The notes under the pieces were generated by a model. It was given only the letters and a program-made list of their open reading frames with translations. It was not told where the DNA came from and did not search any database. DNA of 64,000 bases from a virus (taxonomy: Duplodnaviria; Caudoviricetes): positions 96,001-160,000 of IMG/VR virus record IMGVR_UViG_3300037722_000745. One strand, written 5' to 3'. The position numbers were made by a program, and so were the translations under genes. Position 1 is the stretch's first letter; each line of letters opens with the position of its first letter. Of the stretch, positions 1 to 11,300 are shown piece after piece.

Positions 1-402
1 CGCCACCGCAGATGGCCCCGTTATCCTAGCCACGCCGGATCCTGTACCAATCCCAGGATGCTGGATGCTCAGGAGCGCCAGTGAGGTCCAACCCGTTACC
101 AACCCTGTCGTCAACCCCTGGATCAGTAACGGCGCCATAACCCCGAGGATCCCCATCGTCGAGAAGCCCTGGAGTAGCGATCCTTGTAACAACGGCGGAG
201 GCACGATCAATGGAAAGACAGTCGTACCTACACCAAGTGTCCCGGTGTCAACAGACGACACCTTAGCCTGGATCGTGAGATACTGACAGACGCCGATGGC
301 GACCCCCATAGCCAATTTCGGCATACCCGTTCCAACATTACCTACAGCCAGTAGGTTAGGGGCAATGAAACCGGTCGCCAGCGCTGGAGGATTCAGAGGC
401 AT
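1..402 (-). CDS. Baseplate-region hypothetical protein, partial (runs off the window start)
   Basis: ATG at 402 overlaps the TAA of the upstream gene (TAATG). Manual translation MPLNPPALATGFIAPNLLAVGNVGTGMPKLAMG... stays open to position 1. Absent from the ORF track. Confidence 0.75.
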   Translation of the reverse strand, partial: MPLNPPALATGFIAPNLLAVGNVGTGMPKLAMGVAIGVCQYLTIQAKVSSVDTGTLGVGTTVFPLIVPPPLLQGSLLQGFSTMGILGVMAPLLIQGLTTGLVTGWTSLALLSIQHPGIGTGSGVARITGPSAVA

Positions 403-2552
403 TAGAGTAGAGATCGGAAAGTCGCAGAGCCTTGTAGCGGCAGACCGGTGACCCAATCAAGACTGGGAGTTCCAGGGGGTTGAGTAGGAGCCCCACGGCA
501 GACACCCAACGCCGCCGCTGGGCCTCCTACAAACACTTGAGGAGACGTTAACGTTACCGCTGTAGCCGCTGTAAGAGTCATCGATGCCCCAGCAGTCAAA
601 CTAAGTGCTAATCCAGACGATATAGACACAGCACCTGCGGCAGCAGATAACGTCATAGCCCCCGCTGCTGTGCTCATCGTGATCGCCCCCGACCCCACGG
701 TCACTGTGTAAGATCCCGCTGGAACACTAGTGGACATTGCACCTCCGAGGACGGTTGTTGTCTTTGCCCCCAAGGCAATCGTTTCGGTAACCCCACCTGC
801 GAGGACGGTTGTGATCCGACCTCCTGTGACAATGGTCTCTAAGACCGCTTGAGCGTATTGGTACTGAGACTTACCCGAGATCAATACGTCAAGCTGACCC
901 CCATTCAACCCAAGTCCGGATTGCGCATTGATGCTGAAACGATCGGCCAGTACCGAGTAGCCTCCGTTGACGGTCGTTGCCTTCGCACCATCAACTCGCT
1001 CGACCGAATCCGCAGCCGTGAAGCTTTCTCGATTGCCTTGTAGCTGCTCAGAATACGCTACGTTGTTACTGTCCTGGACACCCTGAGCTTCAACAATGTA
1101 AGAGGAGTGTGTTCGAAAGCGGAGGCCAGCCCCATCCGAACCTCCACGAAAGTCAAAGACGGCACCACCTTCCAATGTTAGATGCAGCGCGAGGTTGTCC
1201 GGCCTAGCCGCACCCAAACGCATCTTGAGGGCGCCTTCCATATTGACTTCAGCCGAGACGTTCTTAACTCCCGACGTGTACTTCTCCACCCTCGACCCCG
1301 GGACGTTAACGAATAGCTTGCCTTGCTTCGAGACCGCGACTGCGAAAGCGCTAGTGGTGTCGGTGAGTCCGGCCGGGCTCGGCGGAGGAGTGATTCGAAA
1401 CAGATAGGCTCCTGTCGTAGTGAAGGACTCCAGATCGTCCAGCGGGGACCGTGAGATGGCTTCCGTGGCGAAACTACCGGCACCAGTTGATTGGAAGTCA
1501 TCAAAGATCTTAGGTCGAAGGAGCTGACCGTATTGTTGGAGCCCCGTCTGGGACGACGTGTCATTGCCTACAAGTGTCCCAAGAACCCGCTCAATGTAGA
1601 TGGGACGCCGATCCATCTGAAACCCGTCGATCTCCTCCCGCACTTCCTGGACCATGTCAGTCGTGTGGGTCAGCTCTAATCGATCCTCTGTGTAGACTTC
1701 AGCGCCCGCTCCCTCATCGGGGTCTTCGAAGTTAACCCCTGGCAGCGTTGCTGGGTAGAACGCCCGGCGGCCGTTCGAAAACACGACAGGTGGGATCACA
1801 GTTTGGTTGAAAACGCTGTACGCAATTCCTTCCTCTGCGGTGTACCGACGAACCACAGAACCTCCAAAGTAATCCTCCCCTTCGGTCTTGAAAGCATTCC
1901 CGTTCGAGAAGACGTCCGGAGGTAGGTACGTTCCACTGCGACGAGCCGGACCGGAGGACCGAAACACTCCTGCCTCACTATCTACGCGGTGCAAAGCTTG
2001 AGAGACCAAGGTTCGATCTTCATCTCTCAGCTCAAACAAGTCACCGCCTCGATTACAGAACCGGACATCTTCTGAGAGCACGAGTTCTGCACCGGCAGAG
2101 GACATCCCCCCCACATCTCCTGGCACTAGCTTCAATCGCTTGTAGCGAGTCTGTGGGGAGAACACCTTACTATAGAGAGCAGCGTCTTCCGGTGCGATGC
2201 CTAACGGATCCGACGACGCCAGTGGGTCGAACCGCATGGCGGACCGTTTCCCGACGGGTATGTACCCCAAGATCATAGCTTCATAGAGCTGCTTATGACG
2301 TCTCCGGTACCCCAGGATGACCATCGAATTGACCTCTGGGACACCTCCCCAGAAACTTCGAGGTCCTGCAATGCTCTGTGTTAAATCAATCTCGAAACGT
2401 TCACCCCCGCCAGTGAGTACCTTGATGTCGCACTTCAGCTCGAACTCATCGACCCGAGTGATGATTCCTAGCTTAAGACCAAACGGCTCAGCCGTATCAG
2501 TGAACTCAGCTCCTGGCACATACCCGGAAGGATTCTTAGGCCGGTAGTCCAT
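402..2552 (-). CDS. Baseplate central spike, gp5/VgrG-like
   Basis: 716 aa. N-terminal OB-fold-like segment (LGIITRVDEFELKCDIKV...GGVPEVNSMVILGY) and C-terminal Gly/Thr/Ala-rich beta-helix-like repeats. Directly downstream of the hub-like gene. Confidence 0.65.
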   Translation of the reverse strand: MDYRPKNPSGYVPGAEFTDTAEPFGLKLGIITRVDEFELKCDIKVLTGGGERFEIDLTQSIAGPRSFWGGVPEVNSMVILGYRRRHKQLYEAMILGYIPVGKRSAMRFDPLASSDPLGIAPEDAALYSKVFSPQTRYKRLKLVPGDVGGMSSAGAELVLSEDVRFCNRGGDLFELRDEDRTLVSQALHRVDSEAGVFRSSGPARRSGTYLPPDVFSNGNAFKTEGEDYFGGSVVRRYTAEEGIAYSVFNQTVIPPVVFSNGRRAFYPATLPGVNFEDPDEGAGAEVYTEDRLELTHTTDMVQEVREEIDGFQMDRRPIYIERVLGTLVGNDTSSQTGLQQYGQLLRPKIFDDFQSTGAGSFATEAISRSPLDDLESFTTTGAYLFRITPPPSPAGLTDTTSAFAVAVSKQGKLFVNVPGSRVEKYTSGVKNVSAEVNMEGALKMRLGAARPDNLALHLTLEGGAVFDFRGGSDGAGLRFRTHSSYIVEAQGVQDSNNVAYSEQLQGNRESFTAADSVERVDGAKATTVNGGYSVLADRFSINAQSGLGLNGGQLDVLISGKSQYQYAQAVLETIVTGGRITTVLAGGVTETIALGAKTTTVLGGAMSTSVPAGSYTVTVGSGAITMSTAAGAMTLSAAAGAVSISSGLALSLTAGASMTLTAATAVTLTSPQVFVGGPAAALGVCRGAPTQPPGTPSLDWVTGLPLQGSATFRSLL

Positions 2553-5500
2553 TAGACGGCGCTCAACTTAGCTTGGTTGTTAGCTACATCTCGTTCGAGT
2601 CGGGCAATCTGCTCATCGAGACTAGCTATGGAAGCGGAAAGATCTGTACCGATGACTACTGAAGACTGTTGTTGTTGAGCCAACCGATCTCTAGCGTTGG
2701 TCAACCGTGCAATGCTAGCCCTATCCTGACTGATCTGAGTGGCAACCTTCGTACGTTCAGCATTCGCTCGAAGCCGATCGCCGAACTCCCTCCAACTCTT
2801 GTCAAGGTTGGCAACGTTGGTCTCGAAGGCCCCCACCGTAGCCTCTGGGTCACCCAGCTGGAACCGGTTCGGAGCTGAAAACGGAGGCGCAAATTCCGAA
2901 GGAGGGCTGACCTGGACCCCATTGAAATCTGTCTCCCGGGGGGTCTTTGGTAGGAGTTCCCCCCGTACGGCTTTCTCAAACTCCTGGTGGGGCGTATCGA
3001 GAACTTGGTACAGATTGGCCAAGAACTGATCGACTCTAGCAATCAATTCGGATGTGGGTTGGGTGAAGATCGAATTGCTGGATTGGTACCTAGCCTGCAG
3101 AGAATCAAGGGCCTCCTGAGCCGTCTCCAATTGTCCTTGAGCCTCCCGGACCGCTCTCTCTTGATCCAGAACAAGTTGGCTCTTGGAAATACTGTCTGGA
3201 TCTCCTCGAGCGTCGGCCTCCAACCCGGAAAGAGTCGCTTGGGCTGCATTGAGTTCTGCTTGGGCCAAGTCCACTGCTGATTGAGCTTGTAGAGTAGCCC
3301 CCGAGTTAATAGGGCCAGATCCTGCTTCTAGGTTCGTCAAGGGAGCGATTTCATCAGGAGTGCTGCCTTCAATCGTCTTTACCTGATACCCCGAATTGAT
3401 GAACGCCAGATCCTGGCGGCCAGTAAGGCACACACAATTCTCATCCCCCATTGTCGAGGAATCTCTCACCGACATCTCGGCCAACGTGAGGGCTCGAGAC
3501 AGCTGCGAAGCCTCAACACTGACAGGAGCCCCCGCTTGCTCTTCCGAGTCTAGAGTTCCAGTGGATACGAACCTGTCACCTACATCAGTGAACTCCGGTT
3601 CACTCGTGTCCGGATTGAGGACCGCTGCTGTCTGCAGGTCCTCTGGACGCAACGAAGCCACAGTTGAAGCCGGATCCGCCATGCCCGTAGAAACTGTGGT
3701 CAATCCCTGGGACTGTGCCGTCAGCATCGCGTGCACGTCTCCGGACAAGGCCAGTTGTAAATCTACGGTAGCCCGAGTGTTCGGTGCGTGCGTGATCAAC
3801 CGGCCATCTTTGAGGTAGATTCGCCTCCCATACTGAAAGTGTCCGATCACCTCAAAGCCTCGTTCGTCGCTCACAGGACGAATCAACGCGGTCTTTCCAT
3901 TGTAACGCCGCAGAACTGAATCCAGGCTCTCCTCGGGTGTAACGTGAAGATTCCGAGATGGCAGCGTCAGTATCTCATTGACAACGCCACCGCCGGGAGA
4001 AGAGTCCCGTGCATAGATGTAGACTCCGGCTGAGTTAAGCCCATACTGGTAACGATTCGTCAGATACCGATCTAAGATGGTATCCTCATCGTTAGCCTGG
4101 TTTCGGCTAAGAGCGGCCAGGTTGTTAGGATCCAAAGTCTCCTGATGAGCACGTTGCCTAGCTCGTTCGACTCGAGGATTCGGTCTTGCCGCACTCTTCT
4201 GACCTGCCACAAGGCTCACATCCGCCGGGGCAAACGGGCGGGTATAAGCCATGACGACATTAGGGTATCCTACAATCCGCCCTGTTTTTGGGTGTCTGAG
4301 GATGAGCGGTTCGTAAGGATTGTCCGCTCCCGGTTGGGCTTCAAAAGCATCAGAGCTAGGCGGTAACGAGGCTGCATTACCCACGTTCAGAGAGAACACT
4401 CCGCTCTGCTTGAGCTGTCGAGAGCTGTAGCGAAAACTCTGGGGCTTGCCGTCCGAAGAGGCTGCCGGAACTCCGTTGAACCTGGTGAGCTTGAGATCAC
4501 CAATACCTCGGGGGGCAATGAACTTCGAACGTTTTGCAGTCAATGCTAACGTGGTCGTAGCCCGCCCACCAAACTGTATGCTGTGGCTGATCCCCGACAA
4601 ATACCAGACTTGGTCCTTCGGGGCCACGTACACTGGAAAGCCCAAACGCAACTCAGATCGCATTGGCACGGTAATGCTACCCCGATGCCGGCGTGAGTTG
4701 ATCCGATCCAGGATATCGAGCCCATGGTAGAACATTAGACTGGGCTTGGAGATGAACTCGGAATTGTAGTTCTGAGAGCGCCACCCGTACTTTCGCAGCA
4801 AGTGGTAGTCCGTGACCGAAGTGAATGGAGTGATGTCCGCAGGCACCCCATAGTCTGTAGTGCCTCCGAAAGCACCTTGCAGAATGATCTGCGTCACCAC
4901 TTCTGACTCAGAATCAGAAAAGTCCCAATCGATGACGTCGATATCCTGAATCCACGAAACCGGTTTGTTGCTCAGGACATCAAGGTTGTAGAAAGGGGGC
5001 TTGAACACGATGTCACCAGTGACATCCATGTAGAACTCGAATCCCACGGCTTCCTTAGCCGCGTTGGCCAGCTCCAACTTCGTTTGGTACTCCGATTGCC
5101 ACAAATCGAGTTGGCCGGCATTGGATACGACAAAGCGGGTGGCAGCCACTTCCGAAGAGGTCGGATCGAACACCATTTGACCGGAGTCCGGCCCCCCATT
5201 GGCATCACGTACCGCCGTCGAAGCAAACGGTTTCTTTGGCACTGTACCTGGTGGATTGCGGCGTGAGTACTCCTGGTACAACGTCTCCCCACGAACCGCC
5301 ACTCCTTGCGTGCCGTACAGGAGAAGGTTGCTTCGCATCCGAGAGAATCGCTGCTCCCAGTAAGCCATGAGATCGGACAGCGAAGCATCAAAGGTGGCCT
5401 TTTGCTGCGCATCCTTCACCAGCTGATTGAGGGACCCCGTGCCTACAATCACATCCCCGAAGGACTGGATCGCCAACGAGAAGATCAGATCGTAGGGGTT

Positions 5501-6019
5501 GGTCTGAGCGAAAACGTTACCCTTGATGCTACGACCCTGTTGACCAACCGGAGCGGTCCAAGCAGGGTTGATGTTCATCTTGCACAGCTCCCACCACTTA
5601 AGGATGTCTGAGCAATTGATGTTGACCGTATGCTCCCCCGACGAGTAATTGTCGGTTACCTCGGTCACAATCCCCCAGAAGATCGGATAGTACTGAGGTA
5701 AGCCTTCGACGAGGTAGTACCCTTTGGCGTAGATCTCAACCTCCATCATCGGTGTAATCACCGGGTTGCCGTCGAAGTAGAAGTCGTCGATCGTGTGTCG
5801 TGGGACAGACAGAGAGATGCTGGCGCTGCCTGGGGAGCTGTCCACACTCAGATCCGTTTGGATGGAAGTGATGTACTTGTTGAGGTCGAAGGGCCGAGTG
5901 CACTGAGGGCAGCCAATGACTTCAGCTTCTCCGTTGATGTGTACAATCGCGTCCGGTGCCGTCACCACCGTTGGCCGGATGTTCTGCAGGTACGTCCCTT
6001 GGTATGGGCTACGTGCCAT
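2552..6019 (-). CDS. Baseplate hub / tail protein (gp27/Mu gp44-like) with insertions and C-terminal coiled coil
   Basis: 1155 aa. Hub-type segments (GFEFYMDVTGDIVFKPP; GSITVPMRSELRLGFPVYV; WYLSGISHSIQFGGRATTTLAL) and synteny between tape measure and spike. Confidence 0.65.
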   Translation of the reverse strand: MARSPYQGTYLQNIRPTVVTAPDAIVHINGEAEVIGCPQCTRPFDLNKYITSIQTDLSVDSSPGSASISLSVPRHTIDDFYFDGNPVITPMMEVEIYAKGYYLVEGLPQYYPIFWGIVTEVTDNYSSGEHTVNINCSDILKWWELCKMNINPAWTAPVGQQGRSIKGNVFAQTNPYDLIFSLAIQSFGDVIVGTGSLNQLVKDAQQKATFDASLSDLMAYWEQRFSRMRSNLLLYGTQGVAVRGETLYQEYSRRNPPGTVPKKPFASTAVRDANGGPDSGQMVFDPTSSEVAATRFVVSNAGQLDLWQSEYQTKLELANAAKEAVGFEFYMDVTGDIVFKPPFYNLDVLSNKPVSWIQDIDVIDWDFSDSESEVVTQIILQGAFGGTTDYGVPADITPFTSVTDYHLLRKYGWRSQNYNSEFISKPSLMFYHGLDILDRINSRRHRGSITVPMRSELRLGFPVYVAPKDQVWYLSGISHSIQFGGRATTTLALTAKRSKFIAPRGIGDLKLTRFNGVPAASSDGKPQSFRYSSRQLKQSGVFSLNVGNAASLPPSSDAFEAQPGADNPYEPLILRHPKTGRIVGYPNVVMAYTRPFAPADVSLVAGQKSAARPNPRVERARQRAHQETLDPNNLAALSRNQANDEDTILDRYLTNRYQYGLNSAGVYIYARDSSPGGGVVNEILTLPSRNLHVTPEESLDSVLRRYNGKTALIRPVSDERGFEVIGHFQYGRRIYLKDGRLITHAPNTRATVDLQLALSGDVHAMLTAQSQGLTTVSTGMADPASTVASLRPEDLQTAAVLNPDTSEPEFTDVGDRFVSTGTLDSEEQAGAPVSVEASQLSRALTLAEMSVRDSSTMGDENCVCLTGRQDLAFINSGYQVKTIEGSTPDEIAPLTNLEAGSGPINSGATLQAQSAVDLAQAELNAAQATLSGLEADARGDPDSISKSQLVLDQERAVREAQGQLETAQEALDSLQARYQSSNSIFTQPTSELIARVDQFLANLYQVLDTPHQEFEKAVRGELLPKTPRETDFNGVQVSPPSEFAPPFSAPNRFQLGDPEATVGAFETNVANLDKSWREFGDRLRANAERTKVATQISQDRASIARLTNARDRLAQQQQSSVVIGTDLSASIASLDEQIARLERDVANNQAKLSAV

Positions 6020-6022
6020 CGA

Positions 6023-7711
6023 TCACCCCACAACCGCCAAGGGATTGAAGTCGTCGTCCCCGACTAAGAGGTCATCCGAAGGAGGCTGAGCCACATCCGG
6101 GCTCGGCTGTTCGTTGTACCCTCCAGTGAAAGCCGGTGCGTTAGACGCCGTAGTCGTTGGTACCACTGGAGCCCTATCAGCCGGCTGACCATACGTGTAC
6201 TGCGGATCGTCTAAGTGGTCGAGAAGGAAACTTGCACGCACTGTGAAGGCAAACGAGTACTCCAAAGTGAACGGAGACGTCTCACTCTCCGTGAGCGAGA
6301 ATGTATCAAATGACCCGATGTACAAAGTGTGGTCATAGTAGAGATACACAGATCCCACCAAGGACAAATTCCTCGCCTTTGATGAACGTGAGATCGGATC
6401 CGGAAACCAAACACCTCCGTTGTTCTTGTAGAGCAAGAACAACGAAAGCAAGTTCTGGTAGCTAGCAGAAAATTGACGCGCTGTGCGTGTGAGACCAGGA
6501 CCGTTACCCTCCAACGCATCCAGTGAGTAGAAAGCAGCGATCTTACCGGAACCTTCGATTGTGTCTTGGTTATCACCCCAGTGCTCTATGATGTTACCGT
6601 TACGCCCCCAGTTGCCATCCGAGACGACCTTTTCAAAGGACCGTCGAAAGGATTGCGGGTTGATCAGCAGACGAAGAGGGGGTGTATTCGCCATCTGATC
6701 CAACGCAGCTTGAGTGGCTAAGATCGTAGCCGCCTGTTGAGCTTGGAACTCCCGCCCCAAATTCGTTCGGTTGAGGTCCTTTCCGGCTATTTGAGCAGCC
6801 GTTTTGGAAGCTTTGTTAGCGTTTTGGCTCCCGTTCAACGCCCACTTCCCATTCGAGTTTGCGGTATCCCCTAAAGGCGACGTGGATCCCACAGGCACAG
6901 CAGGACGCTCCCCTGCGCGGGCCTGAGCCTTGGTGATCCCCGGGTGGTACTCGAAGTGCCCAGGGTCGTATAGGTTCGAGAAGGTACCGCCCCACACAAG
7001 GCCAAGCTCCTGGCCTAATCGACCTACGACTGACCACTCATCCTTTCCAGGGGATGCATTGGGAGTACCTTTGGGAGGCTTCGGCCCTGGAGAGACCAAA
7101 GCCACATCAAAAGCCAACCCGAAGTTGTGCCATGAATCCCCCCCTCTGACGCCAGTCACAATCGGACCGGGTGTCGTCCTACCCTTAGCGTACAACTGGT
7201 CTTGCTGAGCTACACTGCGAAGGCCCTGTGTGACAATGATGCTGATCCCCTCTCTAGCCGCAGCTTCCTTCAAACGGTCGGCTAGAGGTTGGATACTTTC
7301 GTGCAGCGTCGCCTGCCGCTGTGCGCTGATTCGTTGCCAACGCCCCGTAGGGGGGACTGTGGACCGAGAAAGACCCGTGACCTCGTCTCTAACCTCCTCG
7401 ATCTCAAGAGCATCCACTTCCTCAGACGTGGCCGTTACCTCCCCCAACAGACCCTGAATCGAAGCCGACCGATCCAAGAGACGGCCCGTCACTTTGGCTG
7501 AGGGGGGTAAGATTCCTACTGCGAAGATGAGCGTGTTAGATTGCTCCCATGGCTGAACGGTCGTGAGCGGTATGAACTGCCCGTCAAGAGGCTCCGACTC
7601 CAGCTGAAGTCCGTGGTAAAAGGACAGCAGCTCGTAGACCGCAGGTTGATGGAAATCCGCAGCCTTTTCGATCTGCTCATACACCCGCTTGTCTGGGCTG
7701 CTGTCAGGCAT
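6023..7711 (-). CDS. Baseplate/tube-initiator-like protein carrying an M15 peptidoglycan peptidase domain
   Basis: 562 aa. M15 motifs QGLRSVAQQDQLYAKGRT, SWHNFGLAFDV and WGG...DPGHFEY. The C-terminal domain (LLINPQSF...EHWGD...GSVYLYYD) resembles the adjacent 206-aa protein. Confidence 0.75.
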   Translation of the reverse strand: MPDSSPDKRVYEQIEKAADFHQPAVYELLSFYHGLQLESEPLDGQFIPLTTVQPWEQSNTLIFAVGILPPSAKVTGRLLDRSASIQGLLGEVTATSEEVDALEIEEVRDEVTGLSRSTVPPTGRWQRISAQRQATLHESIQPLADRLKEAAAREGISIIVTQGLRSVAQQDQLYAKGRTTPGPIVTGVRGGDSWHNFGLAFDVALVSPGPKPPKGTPNASPGKDEWSVVGRLGQELGLVWGGTFSNLYDPGHFEYHPGITKAQARAGERPAVPVGSTSPLGDTANSNGKWALNGSQNANKASKTAAQIAGKDLNRTNLGREFQAQQAATILATQAALDQMANTPPLRLLINPQSFRRSFEKVVSDGNWGRNGNIIEHWGDNQDTIEGSGKIAAFYSLDALEGNGPGLTRTARQFSASYQNLLSLFLLYKNNGGVWFPDPISRSSKARNLSLVGSVYLYYDHTLYIGSFDTFSLTESETSPFTLEYSFAFTVRASFLLDHLDDPQYTYGQPADRAPVVPTTTASNAPAFTGGYNEQPSPDVAQPPSDDLLVGDDDFNPLAVVG

Positions 7712-8324
7712 TAGGTCCCCTGGCCACCGGATTGGAACCTAGCCCCGGGATCTTCATGATCTCCTCTTCCACCTTGAAGACCCACGAAACACGGAAAGCA
7801 AAGGGCTGATCGTCGGTCTCTTCGACATCGAACGAACGGAAGAACCCGATGTAGGTGCCCCTGTCGTACATAAGCATCACATGACCTTGAAGGACGATGT
7901 TGCCGGCTGGATCGTAGACACTACCATTGTTCCGATAGAGATCCTGAAGGTCGCGATAGCGATCCCAAGCAATAGTGCGGTGTCTCAACACGGAAGAGAG
8001 GCCCGTGTAGATGTTCATGAAGGCGCCCGTAGAACCGTCAGCGTTGATCTCAGTGAGTTCATCCCCCCAATGCTGCTCGACAAAGCCGCCGCGAGTTTGG
8101 ATGCGTTCCTGCCGTTTCGTATGGTTTTCCGACCAATTCTGTGGGTTGACGTGCATCACAAGAGCATGGGGCAGGAGTACTCGGTGGGTGTTGAAAGGGC
8201 TCGTGATTTGGAATGCCACAGGAACAAAAGTCCTTCGGCTCTCTAACCCGTGCACGTACCCATTCCCCTCCGACGGAGTGGTCAAAGCAGTGAAGTCCGG
8301 ATTTGCCGAAGGAATGCGAGGCAT
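7704..8324 (-). CDS. Tail tube initiator / baseplate protein (P2 gpU- or T4 gp48/54-like)
   Basis: 206 aa. MHVNPQNWSENHTKRQERIQTRGGFVEQHWGDEL; immediately downstream of the tape measure gene. Confidence 0.55.
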   Translation of the reverse strand: MPRIPSANPDFTALTTPSEGNGYVHGLESRRTFVPVAFQITSPFNTHRVLLPHALVMHVNPQNWSENHTKRQERIQTRGGFVEQHWGDELTEINADGSTGAFMNIYTGLSSVLRHRTIAWDRYRDLQDLYRNNGSVYDPAGNIVLQGHVMLMYDRGTYIGFFRSFDVEETDDQPFAFRVSWVFKVEEEIMKIPGLGSNPVARGPNA

Positions 8325-8328
8325 CCGC

Positions 8329-11300
8329 TTACCTCAGTCGACGATTACGCTGGAACTCCGCAGTGCCGTTCACCACACGAGCATCGATGAACCGCCCAAG
8401 GTCGCCCTTCAACCTCAACTCCACTTGAGTGCGGCCTCCCCCTCCTCGCCCTGCGGGCATGATGGCCTCGCCAGGACGAACCGCAGCCCAACCCTCACCT
8501 GGAGGAGCCGGTGGGAACCGATCCACCGCCGCCATCTTGCCAGCAAGACCGGCTACGATCCCACCACGGGCATTACCTTGCCGAATCGCTTGAAACGCCG
8601 CCTCTGTGCTACCCAAGCTGGCTGTTTGGCTCTCAATCCCCCCAACCAATGCCTCCCGGCTCATGCCAGTCGCAAGACCGGCAGCCACGTCCTCACGATT
8701 GAGCCCCGAATAGAGATAGTACTCAAACAAGCCCTGTCGAATCGCGCCAAGGGTGCTGTCCTCCACAGCGCTCGTGTACCCACTGGAAGGCTTGGCAAGA
8801 GACACGTTCTTCTTGAGGGTCTTTTCGACCTTCTTGACCTGGTCCGTGGTCTTCTGCTGATCCTCGGCCTTAGCGCCATCCTTGACTTCCACAGGGGCCG
8901 CAGAAGCAGTGACAGGGCTCACCCCAGGCATCGCCCCCACAACGTTCGCTGGGGCTCCCACGCCCAGATTCGCCTCACGTAACGCCGTGGCTAACCCACC
9001 CAGACGGGTCGCCATAGTCGTCGGATCAACATCGTAGAGCCCCTTGACACCGCCGGTATTGGCGCCCGCGGCGACGACATTCCCCAACAGATCCAACCGA
9101 GCCTTGATCGCCGCTAACTCGCCCTCGTCCTTCGTGGTCGCCCCTTTGGCGATCAACGCATCCTTCTCCGCTTTCGCCTGCTCGACTTGAGCCAACATCC
9201 GCTTGCCAGATGTCTCAATGATACCCGTACGCGCCTTCCAAATGTCACCTCCAGATTGGTTCAAGGTCCGTGTGGCGCCTACGTCTTGGAGCTTCGCTAT
9301 CTGAGTTTCAAAGCGCTTGAAGTCCTTGTTCCCACCCAAGAAAGGAGACGCGATCGTAACAAGGGTACCCCAGATATCCGTAAGTATGTTGTAGACATAA
9401 TTCATCAAGATATCGGCAATCACGCCGAGCTGATCAATGGTGCTAACCTGAAGACGGGCAGCCTCCTTCTGGAAGTTGATTTGCTCCGCACTATCCTCCA
9501 GAAGCTTCTGCTGATCCGAACTCATGGCGTGCCAAACGTCCGCGTCCGACACTTGTTCCTTCAGCGCCCGGATCTGCTCCTCATCTGACTTGCCAGCCAA
9601 ATCGAGCTTGTTTAGCATCTCCAGCTCTACATCCGTCAGATTCTTGTTCTCTTGTCCGATCTTGTGGGCAAGATCATACCGAGTCTGAGCTAGACCAGCG
9701 ACCATCTTACGCTGCTGGTCGATCTGCTCGTCGTTGAACCCCGTCATACTCTCAAACGCAACCTTCTGCAGACCAGTCAACTCCGACACAGGCTTCCCAA
9801 ACCGTCGTTGAGCCACCTGATCTAGTATCTGCATGGCCGCAATGGGACTGGCGTCCTTGAGAGCGGATGCGACCTCGATCATATTGCCGGAGTTCAACTT
9901 CCCCTGCATGATCGTAGCGTCTTGGATGGCTTCGCGTTGTGCTCCCGAGATTTCCCCAACGAACTGAGCCATGTACTGAGCCGCGGCATCTTCGCTTCCG
10001 GTGGCGACAGCCTTCCTAAGACCTTCTTCAGTGACCCCGATCCCTTTCAAATCTGCGGCCAACCCTCCTAGCCGTCTTGACACATCCTCTTGAAGGATAT
10101 TCTTCGTAGCTCCCTTGCCTCCCAACATGGTAGTACGGACCCGGTCCATCAGACCCGCGCCCTTGAATTGCTGCGTCAACGTTTGAAGGAACTTTTGGGC
10201 GTTCCTTGGGCTCATCGTCTTACCTAGAACCGTCATCACCTTGGTCAGATCGGCCATTCTCAAGGTGAACAGACTCAGATCAGACGAAAAGCTACGAACA
10301 ATCCCGAAGAACTTGTTAGAGGCCATATTGGCTTGTTCAGCCCCTCTTACAACCTCTTGAAACCCTGCTTGGATCGAGTCGAGACCCATGCCCATCTCGG
10401 TCATCATCTCACCTTGCAGCTGAGTAATCTCATTCAAGCTGATACCGAAAGCTCGTGAGTACGCAACCGACATCTGGGTCACTTGAGCGTGACTTCTTGC
10501 GTAACCTGTGGCTCGTTCAGTCTCCTCGCCTAGTTGCCGCATTGTCACACCCTCAGCCGTGAGAGCTGAGATGAAGGCACCAGAGACCTCTTTAGAGATC
10601 CCCCACTGGACGTTGCTCCAGGACATAGCACCGTCACGTAGGTCCCTCAGATCGGCTTCCAGTTGCTTGGAGGCATCAGCTACATTGCCAAGATTCGCTC
10701 CTAGGTACCCCGATGTGCTAGACGTTTCTAGGATCTGCTTGTGAAAGTCTTTGGCTGCAGATTCTGCATCAAGGAACAGCTTCACGATTGACATCATCGC
10801 CCCCGCCACCAACCCGATCGCAGGCGCTAACTTACCCAGAGTCCGCACAAGAGGGGACATCGTCTTGGATAGACCCGCAATCGCTTTGAGAGGGCCTGCG
10901 TCCATCGTGCTCGTGTCCGCCTTGCCCAACGCAGCGAAACTCTTGAACGCCTTGCCAGCAAAACCCACCCCGGCTTCCATAGCCCCAGGGAAGTCCTTCC
11001 TCATAAACGCAGCGAGAGGACGGGTCAGCTCTTCGCCAGCTTCGCGCAACGCATCAGCTTTTAGAGTAGGCTCAATCTCAATCTGTTGACGAGCTTCGCT
11101 AGCAACCCGGCCAATTTTTTTCAGAGCCTCTTGCTGAGACTCCATCTCACCCGTACTCGTCTTTAGTACCTTCTCTCTTTCGGACTTGAGGCGCTGAACC
11201 TCAGAGATACGTTCCTTGATCGCTCTAAGCTCTTCATCACTGGCGGTACTCTCTCGTTCTCGCAACCTCTCAAGAACCCCATCGAGGCTGGTAATCTCCG

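Noticed and set aside
8011-8982. 323-aa plus-strand ORF, and many other 60-200-aa antisense ORFs
   Set aside because: They lie antisense to well-supported minus-strand genes, lack motifs, and are expected in GC-rich DNA.
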